DNA of 61,920 nucleotides, filler included, from Blastocystis sp. subtype 4 (Eukaryota), in assembly GCF_000743755.1 (NCBI RefSeq). It is 13 parts of 13 records of this genome, joined end to end, with 100 filler letters (N's around TTAATTAATTAA, not from the genome) between each part and the next. Parts side by side here need not be neighbours in the genome. Positions count along the whole stretch, not along the records: positions 1 to 4,617 come from NW_014569045.1; positions 4,718 to 10,190 come from NW_014569044.1; positions 10,291 to 15,476 come from NW_014569043.1; 10 more parts are not named here. One strand, 5' to 3'. Position 1 is the first letter of the stretch. Every line of letters starts with the position of its first letter. A program made the translations under genes and the position numbers. Shown one piece after another: positions 1 through 11,545 of the stretch. The notes under the pieces are model-generated. The model was not told the origin of the DNA, searched no databases, and saw only the letters and a list, made by a program, of their open reading frames with translations.

Positions 1-1123
1 ATGTAGAAGAAGTGATATTGGAAACAATGAAAGGATTCTGGGATGATGCAATGGTTGTGTTAAAGTCGTCTATTAGTGATCATTTCATCATAGTGTTTCA
101 TCGAATCCTTCCATAGATCAATGTTTGAATGAAGTGAAGATACAGAAGGATGAGATGGTTTCAACTCTTGAATCCTTCATTGCTCACTTCACTGACTCAC
201 CTACAATGGATGTGTATCTCTTTCTCTCTTTACTCTCAGGTCATGATAAAGAAGAATTGATGATTGGACCTTCAGCACTGTTGAATCATATGAATGAAAC
301 TCCTGTAGGTGATTACTTGGAGATTATTCTGAAACGTCTTCAAACTCGTTTCTTTCTTCCTCCTCTTTTTTCCAATACAACAATGGGAGCTATTTCTGTC
401 AAAGAAACGATTGATGAAGGACGAAGTCATATTCTCCAATTCCTTCTTCATTCTCCTTCTGTTCGTTCTATTCTTCTGGAGAGTGTTCATTGGACAGTAG
501 TGAATGATGAGTCAGTTGCNGTTGCAGATATACAAATGAATGATACTTCAATCAATGCATTGGTTTCATATGCTCAAACATACAATATGGTGAAATCATC
601 CAATTCGACATTCATGATTCATCATCTCATTCAGAGTGGATTGGTACATTTGTATACGTTATCTCCACAATTCTCTTCAAATGGATGGTCTGAAATACTT
701 CCTTCTCTCTATCTCTCTCCTTCTCCTATTGCCTTACAAGCCTTTTCATCGCTTTCTGAAGATGTGAATCCTCTTCTCACTACACAACAATCGATTCTCA
801 TGATGCCACGACAATCCTTCCTTCATTCATATTACTTGAATCAGTTGAAGTCAGAATATCAGATCCTGATCCAGTTGCTNGAGGAATGGCTTCAGGGTTT
901 AATTGAATTGGAGAATTTGAGTTCATTGTTTCTTCTGCATTCTCAGATGTTGGTAAGGGAAACAACAGATCAGCAAGGTTGAGATGAGATTGGAGAATGA
1001 GGAATAGAAAAACTAGAATTAGCAAGAGAGTGTGAACAGTGGTCAAATGAATTAGTTCAACAGAAGAAGAACCTTCATGAAGTCTATTCTAAGAAGCTCA
1101 AGGAGAAGAAAACATGGTGGTGA
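1..1123 (+). CDS. 3' part of multi-exon hypothetical protein
   Basis: 285-aa ORF at 125-982 flanked by short GT..AG introns; a last exon appears to end at TGA 1121-1123; no recognisable domain. Confidence 0.4.
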
Positions 1124-1183
1124 TTCAAGGATTGTAGAATAACACAGGATATGACTTATTTCATAAGAACAAACACACTTCCT

Positions 1184-1490
1184 TTAAGCCAAAGGACTTG
1201 ATTCCATTTGACCATGAACAAGATTAGAATAGAAATCACAAGACTTCAATAACTCTTCATGAGTACCACTAGCAACAATTCCTCCTTCATGAACAACGAA
1301 GATGATATCACTATCAACAATCGTACTCAAACGATGAGCCACTGTGATAACAGTACAAGGATGTGTCTTTCTCCATGTATTCAAAGCAGTCAAGAACTTC
1401 TCTTGATTCTCACTATCGAGAGCACTTGTAGCCTCATCCAGCAGTAGAATTGAAGGCTTACGGAGAATCGCACGAGCCAACGCCTTCATT
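1184..1490 (-). pseudogene. C-terminal fragment of ABCB (MDR-type) transporter NBD
   Basis: ALARAILRKPSILLLDEATSALD, VAHRLSTI and GTHEELL motifs; LSGGQ and Walker A are missing upstream and there is no room for the rest of the gene; TGTTTGTT motif on minus strand at 1168-1175. Confidence 0.7.
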
Positions 1491-1842
1491 CTCTTCAGCA
1501 TGAAGTCTTGGTTATGTGATAAGAGGGTTGAAACCACAATTCAGTACACACAGCTATTGTATCTTGTACACTTCACAGCTCATCAGACCATCAATTGTTA
1601 TCCAGAATCCTGTTTTTCTTTTGATCATTATTACTGATTAGGATCACGGGGATCCTATTGTTACTACTCATTCAAGATTGTACTATTCTGTTGTTATTTC
1701 TTTTATCTACACTCTCATTTCACTTCATTTCTATCGTTATCTCAAAAGTGGTGGGAATCATCATTCTTCTCCTCCTCATTCTATATTGTGTTCAAAGGTA
1801 ATGAATTTGTTAGGCTAACTAATTGGGTCAGTTTTTTCTTTG

Positions 1843-4217
1843 ATGAGTGGAGTTGAAATTGAATTGAAGGAAGTGAAGGGATCTCCATCCTTTCTTGATG
1901 ACTATCATGTGAAAAGGATTGTAATGGAAAAAGAAGGTGAACCGAAATCAGGGAAAGGAACTGTTCATTATGTGAGAAATGGAAGGGGTTACACACTTGA
2001 AGTGGAATATGTCAATGGAATGAAGCAAGGAAAGGCTATTCTTCTCGACTCTAATCATATTGTTGTGGGCAATTTGACATTTTCCAATGATAAGTTGAAT
2101 GGAGAATGTGTACTTCGAAATGAGAAGTATATGGTTGTGTTTCGTGGCGTGATGAAGAATGGAGTAAAAGATGGAGAATGTCATGAGTATGATGATGAAG
2201 GGAAAGAGATATGGCATGGCATTTATGTTGATGGAAAGAAAGAGAAGGAATTGTCTGCCTCAACTTCAGTAACCATTTCCAATCCTATTTCTGGACTCGT
2301 TTGGGAAAAGGTGAAGGATGTTAAGTCATTAAAGGGTTATTATCGTGAGATTGTTGATGGTAAGATGGTTAGTATTAGTCGAGTGAATGGAAAGAAGGTG
2401 AAGAAAGGAAAGTGTTTCGAGTTTGTTGATGGAACACTAGTGAAAGAATGTTTGTATAAGAAAGGGAGAGTGAAGAGAGTTCTTCGTGAATTCAATGGAG
2501 ATGAAATGAAAGAATATGATTCAAAAGGGTTTCTTGTTTATGAAGGGAAGTATTCAGGGGATTACAAGTCATCATTCATACGAAATGGAAAAGGCAAGGA
2601 GTATGAGAATGCTGGAAAGGATTTGGTATATGATGGTGATCATGTGGATGGATATCGTGAAGGGCATGGTGTTTCATTTAAGAAAGGCCATGTTATGTAC
2701 AGCGGACAATGGAAAGAAGGATATCCATGTGGAGAAGGATCGATTTCTGATATGAATGGGAATACTACGCATTCAGGTGTGTGGAATAATGGATACTTAG
2801 TTAATGGGTCCATTGTAGTTGACTTTGAAAGTGGAAAGCGAAGACTCTGTTGTGGTGGTTGTAGCAATCGTATGAGACGAGTTCGATTCCGAAAGTGGTG
2901 GAATCGGAGATCGAAATGTTCTCGTTTTTGGCTTGGATTGTTATTCTGGGTAGTTCTTCTATTTGTCTGCTATGAGATGATCTTAACTATGGTGATGATT
3001 CTGAAGGCTGGATTTCAGAGCGAATTGACAGTTGAGACATGTGAAGGATTCACTCATATTCCATTCTTCATGAAAGGGTTTGTAAGACAACTGAGGTTTT
3101 ATGATGCATGTAATGCATCTCCATGGATAAAGAGATTGGATTTGAGTTCCTTCAAGAATCTAGAGAGTTTGACAATAGCAGGTAGCTTCAAGTATGTCAC
3201 TTCAGTGACCATCAAAAGTAGATGGAGTTGATTAGATGAACCATTAGATTTCAAGAGACTGAAGTTACTGAGTATTGGCTATTCCTTTTCTGATGGTTGT
3301 TCTTTTGATATTGATCGTATTGATCGTTGATTAGCTTACTATCAGAATTGCATTCTCTTCAGTCCTTTTATTTCCGTGGCCCATATCGATCCTTAACTCT
3401 TTCCCAGTTTCCGGAATTAGAAACAGTGGAAGTATATGGAACAGGGCCTCTTGTTATTAAGGACTGTCGATCTCTTGTGACTGTTAAGGCGGGAGGAAGT
3501 TCCTCTAATATGTTAAGTGTCAAACTGTCAGGATTACCTTCATTGTCTATTCTGGAACTAAGATCTGTTTCTTATGAAGATTCTCCGGATTTTTCAGGTG
3601 TGAAAATGACTGTTGCATTAGTAATAGGTTTTCCTAATCTTCGAGAAGTTCGATTATCTAGTTGTACGTTCAAGAGTTCTGATAGTTTGATTGTTAAAGG
3701 TTGTGATTATTCTGATTGTTGTAATATAGATTTGTATCAACTGACCTACTTTAATGTGTTATACCATGGAATAATAGGGTTTAATGAAATTGTATTTGAG
3801 AGTAAGAGAGTCTATTCCCTGTAATATCAGATTTGCCAAGATTGAATACTCTTACCTTGTACTATGTCAATGGCAATGGTGAGAATTATGTGAAGGAAGG
3901 TTCAAACTGGATCTACTTCAATACACTACGGATGAAAGGTTCATATCACATAGAACAGTATCACAGATAGACTTACCATCATTAAACAGATTATATCACG
4001 ATATATCGCTTGACTGTATTGGTATTGTCTATCTTGAAAGTAGTGCTTTATCAATCTTCTAAGCATTAGATATTCCAAACCTCAATAGCATCTCTGGAGA
4101 GGGTTTTAGTACTGTTCATACACTATTTCACAAAAGTGAGAATTGAATTGATCGTTTCGATCATTAGATGCCAATCAGCTCGCATCATATATTATTAAGA
4201 AAAGCCAGTACTTATAA
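1843..4217 (+). CDS. MORN-repeat + transmembrane + leucine-rich-repeat protein (multi-exon)
   Basis: Repeated YxGxWxxGxxxGxG MORN units, CCGGC/basic patch, hydrophobic segment FWLGLLFWVVLLFV, then short LRR-like exons (DLPRLNTLTL, DLPSL, DIPNL) split by ~30-nt introns. Confidence 0.75.
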
Positions 4218-4288
4218 CTTTGTTGTTCTGATAATGATTGTTGAATCACATAATGGAGTCTAATTCATGTTGAGATAAGATACTATCC

Positions 4289-4440
4289 AGTAGTAGTGTT
4301 TTGACGCATGTTACGTATTTTTATTATCCAGACAAACCGTCGCAAACATGGGCCTCCAACCCTGGGTAGCTATACACGCTTAACCCTGCCCATAAACAAG
4401 CTCGAAAAGGCAGACATTTTGATCATAATTTGGAAACATA
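4289..4440 (+). mobile_element. Polinton-like element terminus, copy 1
   Basis: Starts AGTAGTAGT; 4326-4377 is 52/52 identical to 53550-53601 and homologous to the 46837 and 48041 copies. Confidence 0.7.
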
Positions 4441-4617
4441 TTCAACCCATTTCAAGTCAAATCATGGGCAACAATGAAGCACATAATCTTTGTTCTTTGT
4501 TTTATCACAATGAAACATTTTTGAGATTAATAAACAGTATGAGATTTCCTAATGATATGATTCAACGATACATTTCAGAAATGATAAGTCACCTATTCAC
4601 AAACTATCAAACAACAC

Positions 4618-4717
4618 NNNNNNNNNNNNNNNNNNNNNNNNNNNNNNNNNNNNNNNNNNNNTTAATTAATTAANNNNNNNNNNNNNNNNNNNNNNNNNNN
4701 NNNNNNNNNNNNNNNNN
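4618..4717. other. Artificial contig spacer N44-TTAATTAATTAA-N44 (first of 12)
   Basis: Same 100-nt spacer at 10191, 15477, 20803, 25342, 29835, 34360, 38841, 43303, 47748, 52231 and 56659; the 12-mer gives stops in all six frames. Confidence 0.97.
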
Positions 4718-4764
4718 CTGGATACACTGATAGTGTCATCCGTGTGTGGGATGTCAGAGCCTAA
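4718..4764 (+). CDS. RACK1: C-terminus of RACK1-like WD40 protein (contig edge)
   Basis: GYTDSVIRVWDVRA* resembles the last WD repeat of RACK1; TGTTTGTT follows at ~4808. Confidence 0.6.
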
Positions 4765-5555
4765 GTGTGGATCAGATGAATTGTATATTTGTATTATTGG
4801 GTTGGGTTGTTTGTTTAGTCATTTGTTAACAAATCATCTTCTGCAGATTCTTTCACATGAATTGGCAACAGACACTACGTGAAGGTATGATTGTGTACTG
4901 AATTCGATGTAGTGGTTAACGATGCCTGTGTATTACTATTGTCTTTCAATTCAGGAAAGGCTGTATATTATTGACATTATGATGACTAGTAGCGGCCGTG
5001 GAATGAGTTTTTCACAGAGTTTACGATTCCTCCAACAAGTGGATATCATCTGGAAACACGGATAATGACTAACCTGTACTATTTCATGATCAACTACTTA
5101 CTTTTTATCGCTTGTATTGTTGTACTCCACATGTCGTCTTGGATTTCTTCTTTCATTTCTAGGATTATTGATCCTGTTATATCTCTAGTGTATTTGTTTA
5201 TTATTAGTCTGGCTTTGTTTGAATAAGGTAAAGCATTCATATCTAGGGTTCTCATTACATTTCGACGAATCCGAAAACAAAATCGAGTGGACGAACCTGA
5301 GCTCTTTTACATTGCTGTATATGTTGCAGGTATGTATATGGATTTGGGTTAATTGCTAGCTGTTTTACTAGTACTTATCCTAACAAGACACTTCTTTTCA
5401 TTGGTTCTTGAATTAGCCTTCTGTTGTCTGTGTATTGTCTGAGGCTTTTGTATGATTGTAGGTATTCTAATACATGCGCTATTGAGAAAACGATCGTTGA
5501 AGAGTCGAATCGCTTACAAATCATGTACTTGGCCGTGGCGGGAGAACAAAGGAAT

Positions 5556-7323
5556 CTACTTGTCAGAAGACTCATCTGAAGCAAACGAACATACGTTTCT
5601 TTTAGCGAAGGATGGGATGATAAACCGTTCTCCTACTTTTGTTAGTGAATGGATTGTTTGTAATGCAACAATACATTTCAGAGAGTTAATTACAGTATGC
5701 AAGTCAGAAGAGGAAATGCCCTGCTTCTCTAACACAGAAATAAAGTGACTCGTAATACGTTCTACATCTTCAAGATAGTGTTTGGTCACTTCATCCATAT
5801 CCGAATATCTACCACTCAATTCCCAGAGACGAAACTACAATTGTTCCTTCCTTCGACTCATCTCACTACTATACACATCAAATAATTTAAGAATAGATTC
5901 TGTTCCTATTGAAGATGGTTGTGGGACTGAATTAGGACTCACTAATCGAGAGTGAATTAGCGGTGAAGATGGATCAGTCCCTGATTTGGTTCGTAATCGA
6001 GGAGGTGAAGAGATGGGATTAGATAAGCGACGAGGAGCTGGGAGTGATGTTGTTTCAGTTAATTGAGGACGTGACTGATCGGGGTTTTCAAGTTCATGTT
6101 TATGGTATAATCGACTTTCTAATTCCACTTCAAATGGTAACTTGGAATGATAATTCTGTTTCCACTGATTCCACCTTTGAATATACATAGCATTTGTTAA
6201 CACCGAATCTAGTGATCAAAGGTGATAATTTCATACGATTCACAGCATCTGTATATTCCCACATTCCTATGCGATCTGGATTAGTTGATCGATTCACTTG
6301 AACTCCAAGTTCAGCAAACCGAGAATTCTTCAGTTCTTCTTGAATGGAGAGTGTAGTCTACATATGAATGCAGAAAAGGTTCTTACCATCAGGGCCTGCT
6401 TGTAGGGCAGTAGAATTCGCTGTTGTTCCCGTCGTTCCAGAGATCCACACTGAGATGCATTTATGATAGGGTGAGGATTCGCGAGTGGATACGAACTAGC
6501 AGTGACAATCAAATCTCGAAGGTGTTGGACATAAGAAGAAGAGACCGAAGAAGGATTCGATGTCTTGATGACGTATGTCTTAAGGAGATGTTGAATGTAC
6601 TAGAAATTAGAACGAAATGAGATTCAAAACGAGTTCTGAATTCTGGATTGTTTGATTGTATATGTTCTGTAGGGTTTGTCGTAACCGTGTTAGGTTTGTT
6701 CGTGATAGAGAAGCGTCCACTTCATCTTCGCATTCTTGAGATAGGACAAAGGTGTCACTGGAAGGAGATGGGCGATCCGACCAGAACTCGATTGTACAAT
6801 AGGGGACTTCAAATTGTTGCAAGAAGAACTGAGTATCCTTCACACGACTTAGTTCCCATCGAAGAATTACATCTATACCATTACAGAGTACAAACAACTC
6901 AACTTCGAGAATTCTCTGTCCAATACATGTATTCTGGCTCGATGAAAACGGATCCTACACCAACAGTAACCTACATCAGAACGACTCAAAACAATCTACA
7001 TTATCGATAATCAGAATGTAGTTATCAAACGTAACACTGGAAGAGGCTGGTAACTTTGTAGTACAATAGCATGACCATTTTGAACTCGATGAAGATGGCT
7101 TATCACCTAGAATCGACTAAATAAAACCAATAAAAGAGTAATACATCTTCAGAGTCACTTGAAACACAATGCAAGGATGATGGATGAGCTATGGAATAGT
7201 ATGTAAATTGAACCTACTATTTGGGTCATTTGGTGGTACCTTTGGAATCGATTGATCATTAGAATGAAGTTCCAAGGCACTCCTGAGTTCATCAGGTGTT
7301 GCCAACGATGTCCTTCTACTCAT
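5556..7323 (-). CDS. Multi-exon hypothetical protein
   Basis: Series of minus-strand exon-like ORFs (7189-7323, 6607-6897, 5835-6203, 5556-5819) separated by short GT..AG introns; no family recognised. Confidence 0.45.
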
Positions 7324-7389
7324 CGTATTCAATCCTTGGAATACAAAGATAGGTGAAAAACTAATTATCATATCTTCCTTTCTAGTACT

Positions 7390-9142
7390 ATGTATTTTTG
7401 CTGTTTATTTATTATATCGGTACTCGTATGCAAATTCATATTATTACAGATCCTTGCGCTGACAGATTCATCGATTGTGTATCCCTTAACGGGAGATATC
7501 AGCAATGGATATCTATCTGTGTCTGTAGAAGTGGGAAAGGACAATCAGTCCAAGAATGGAAATGTGTTCCCACTCCTAGTTGTATGTTTGAGGGATCTAG
7601 ATTCATGTGCATAGGATGTTTCATCTTCTGCAACGATGATTCCTGACAAAGACTGTACATCTTGTAAGCAGGATGTTCTATATGACAGCAGTCAATCCTC
7701 GCATTATGCTCCAGTAACTTGTAGCGATGACTTTTGTCAGATTGGTATTGTTTTGACTAGAAGTTCATTGTAGCATTGACAGAATACTGTCCTGTGCACC
7801 ACACATCGGATAACCGCTGTTGTGATTCACATGATAGGAATCTTTGTTTGTGGGATAGTACCATCCAGTTCAATACGAAATATCCGTAATTTCATTTATC
7901 CTAATCTATTTGTTTAGAGCTTCTGGAGGCATTGTTCGTGAAATGGTGACGGTTAGCAATGTGACCGTGGAAACTCACATTATTGACATTTTGTATTATT
8001 GGAATGGAAAAACAATCCATAGAGACTCTGAATTTACGAGACTTCCAGGAGATAATGTGGGCATTCTGGGAATTGGTGAGAAGAGTTGTAATCCTACATG
8101 TGTTGCTCCAATTTATCACGATATTATGAAGTCTATAGACCCATCATGTAGACTCGAGTGAGATTGTGAATTTGTAGATTCAGAGAAGGATATGAAAATA
8201 TCGATCTGTTTTGGTAGAAAAGAAGGCTATTTGGTGTTTGGTGATATTGATCCATCCATACAAGCCGATATTCCAGTAATCTCCAAACAGAGAGTAGGTG
8301 AAGTGGGATATACGTTCGATGTTCAAGATCTGCTGCTTAATCACGAATCTTTCACTGGAATGACAGCAGTAGGACCAATTGTTATCTTCGAGTAGTAGAT
8401 TGGTATTTCCCGTGTGGCTATTCTAGAGACTGCAGTTAAGGAGATCCAACTTCCCCAAGACTTGTATGATTTGTATCGGAAGAAGATGGAGAAGGAGTAT
8501 TCGCATCTCCCTGGTAGAAGAATGTGAGTGAATGAACTTGAAGGTGTGGCAAGTGGAGAGATTTTTGAGAACAAAGGGATTACTAGCGTTGATGGCTTCC
8601 CAACTTTTGACATCCACATTCCTGGAGCAATATTGCGTATTCCTCCCGAACTTTACTTCATGACAGAAACAGTCAGTGGATCTGAATATTACTTTTTACA
8701 GATCATTCCTAATGTGTTTGAGGTGATGAATGAACTTACTGTTTATGTATAGAATACGGTCCAAATTGGGTTATGCGCATTACGAGGGTTTGTAACTACA
8801 TTTAAGTATGACACTGTCTCATTCTCCATGGTTAATCATGATTTTTGTGGAAGTGGGATTCTTTGAATTTGATTCACTGAAGAGGATGAAATGATATCTG
8901 GACTCGTTGAAGTGGCTTCTGATAGCAATCAGAATGATCTATGGCATCCAGCGATTATACTTTCGATTTCGTTTTGCCTGCTGTGTATAATACTGATGGT
9001 ATATCTGTGTTGTAATCCAAAGTCAAAGAAGTGAGGAATTGATATTATGTTTCAGGATAGACTGAAGGTGACTGAATCCTTTAAACCAACACCACAGGAG
9101 CCATTTCGAGATACTCAACGTACCAGACTGTTGATGGTGTAA
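7390..9142 (+). CDS. Pepsin-fold (A1) aspartic protease homolog with degenerate catalytic motifs, signal peptide and C-terminal TM
   Basis: GYLSVSVEVG..PLLV/DVSSSATMIP..CTSC..YDSSQSS..VTC, GILGIG, SICFG..GYLVFG, AILETAVKEIQLP, FPTFDIHI..LRIPPELYF; hydrophobic C-terminal segment. Confidence 0.7.
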
Positions 9143-10122
9143 TGTGATAGAGAGTCTGATGTCAACAGTATGATTAAATGATATATTTAGTTATTTTCTG
9201 TTTATTTGGAAAGAAAACTAAATGAATAGTATAAAATGAAAGAAAAGAAGGAACTCATAATGAAAAAGATAGAGAAGTGATAGTATTAAATGAGGATGAA
9301 AATACATAATCGTTGCCGAAACAGACACATAACGTATAAATCTTTCGCCTTTTACTAAAGATTTCCGTGTGTATGTTTCATTAAAGGCACATTTCGTTGT
9401 TTCTTTGCCTGATATGATCAGGATTGTTGAATTGAATTGTTGATATTGGTTTTGTTATTGAATGATGATATTAGATACAGTTGACTTTGTCTTTGAGTAT
9501 GAGAAATTGAGTATTTGAAGAGTATCAAATGAAGAGTAACAGATTTGATTGATTGTACTATTCTTAACCACAAACAGGATTACATATCATTTCTTACCAA
9601 ACCTATTCATTCGTCATCATCATAATTAAGAAAGTGATTTGTTTTCATATTCTATAATTCGATTTCATTCAATAGTAAACAAATCACTTTCGTTTATCAC
9701 AATATCATATTCTATGTGAAATACTAATTGCTCTAAAACCGCGATTCTCATATTCTCCATTTGTGGTTCCATATTATTCCTTGTAAAAGAGGAAATAGAA
9801 GTGTAAGTGGAATGAATGGATGTTGTTTCGAGGATTAGTCAAATTCGGAAACCTCAAGCTACTATCGTGGCTGATGATGACCATTCTGAGGGAATGAGAA
9901 ACATCTTCATTATTTATTCTTGAATATATCTAATGAATGTCTAGGATCTAGTAGTAGGTTTAGTTTTGTTTGTTGTGTATTATCCTTTCTATCTTATTGG
10001 CACACATTCAATCAACGATTGTAGTACTATTAATGATATCCATTTGCAGAGGGGTACTTCGATCATGAACTGTTATTCCATGAAAGAGGACACTTAATTG
10101 TAAGTGTTATGATGTAAACTTT

Positions 10123-10190
10123 GGTGACCTCTTTGGGAGACATTGTTAGGTGGGGAGTTCGGCTGGGGCGGCACATCTGTTAAAGAATAA
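10123..10190 (+). rRNA. Short LSU (28S) rRNA fragment at contig end
   Basis: AGACATTGTTAGGTGGGGAGTTCGGCTGGGGCGGCACATCTGTTAAA matches the conserved eukaryotic LSU domain V (P-loop region); upstream DNA is not rRNA-like. Confidence 0.85.
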
Positions 10191-10290
10191 NNNNNNNNNN
10201 NNNNNNNNNNNNNNNNNNNNNNNNNNNNNNNNNNTTAATTAATTAANNNNNNNNNNNNNNNNNNNNNNNNNNNNNNNNNNNNNNNNNNNN

Positions 10291-11077
10291 CGAAACAACC
10301 AGCCACCATTCCAGCCACCAACAAACCACCAAGAGGAATGTTACCATGCTCATCCTTGTAGTAATTCTGAATTGTAGCATTCAGAGGGAAGAAAATCATC
10401 GAGTAAGGAACATCTCGAAGCAGAGTAATTGTTGAACCCTTATACATTCCCTTCACACCAAGCTCTTTGCACACTATACTCACACTCATCTTTTATCTAT
10501 ACCAGACCACAGACCCGTTCGCTGCTCCTTAGGAAGAGTTGCTTGAACTTGCATACGGATCTTCGTGATTTCCATAGGATTCGTAGCAATCACTTGACAG
10601 AATCCAGCACCTATCGATCAAACTACAACTCCTCTATTACTAGCACCAGCGAGAATACCATTGTACCAAGCAACATTACCATTCTCATCAGCTGTCTGCT
10701 CTCTCACAAAATCATTCACTGCCAACTTGATGGCCTTCTCAGGTGTCACTCCGATGAGATTTGCCAGAATACCTCTACCAAGAACACAACTTCCTAACAA
10801 CAAACCTGTAGAGACCGGAAGGACCTTCCTCTCTACAAATGGTCTTAAAGCAATCCCAAGGACCCTTATACTTCATTGGTCCTGTCGTCTGTCTCTATTT
10901 CTCAACTCTTCCAACCAAACTCTACTTGAAGACGAGTCTTCACCATATCCAGAGGATAAACAATCGAAGTACCCACAATTCCAGCGATACCACCAACGAC
11001 AAGTTTTTGAAGAAAGGGGACCTACTCCATCAATGAATCTCCTATATACCAACCTTTTTGACCTGATTATCAGGCAT
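10291..11077 (-). CDS. Mitochondrial carrier, glutamate carrier (SLC25A22)-like, 3' truncated
   Basis: GTSIVYPLDMVKTRLQ, GILANLIGVTPEKAIKLAVNDF, GMYKG..TLLRDVPYSMIFFP signature repeats. Confidence 0.85.
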
Positions 11078-11545
11078 GGCTCTTGGAGAAGCAATAACGA
11101 GTTAGTATTTGAAACGTGGAAATGATGGTTTCTACTGTAGTCTGATTCCTCCTATCCCGCTAAGAATGATGAAAAACCGCGGTTCTACAGAAATCGATAA
11201 TCAACAAATGGAGTATCTGAATAGAGAGTATGGAAATGGAATCGATATAACACTCTGAGTGTTGATAGTAAATGTTCGAGAAATTAGTTCAATGTCCTTA
11301 TGATGAATTGGACATCCTCCTCCTACTGTTCTAAAACTCAAAAAGGCCTTCAGAACCATTCTTTTCATTGAAAGAACAAATCTTGATAATTATAAACCAC
11401 TGAACATGTCTTCTTTTTAACGATGATTTCTCAAATCTGATAGAGTTTGAAGAGTCAATTCTATGTACATTGTACTAAAGGAGAGTTTATTGATAGTTGG
11501 ATTCATTCAAATACTCATTGTCTTCGAATCTCTTGAAGGAAGCAA

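Noticed and set aside
4618..4717. Recurring TTAATTAATTAA palindrome in N runs, and ORFs ending in X..LIN
   Set aside because: Artificial six-frame-stop spacer used to concatenate contigs; not biological
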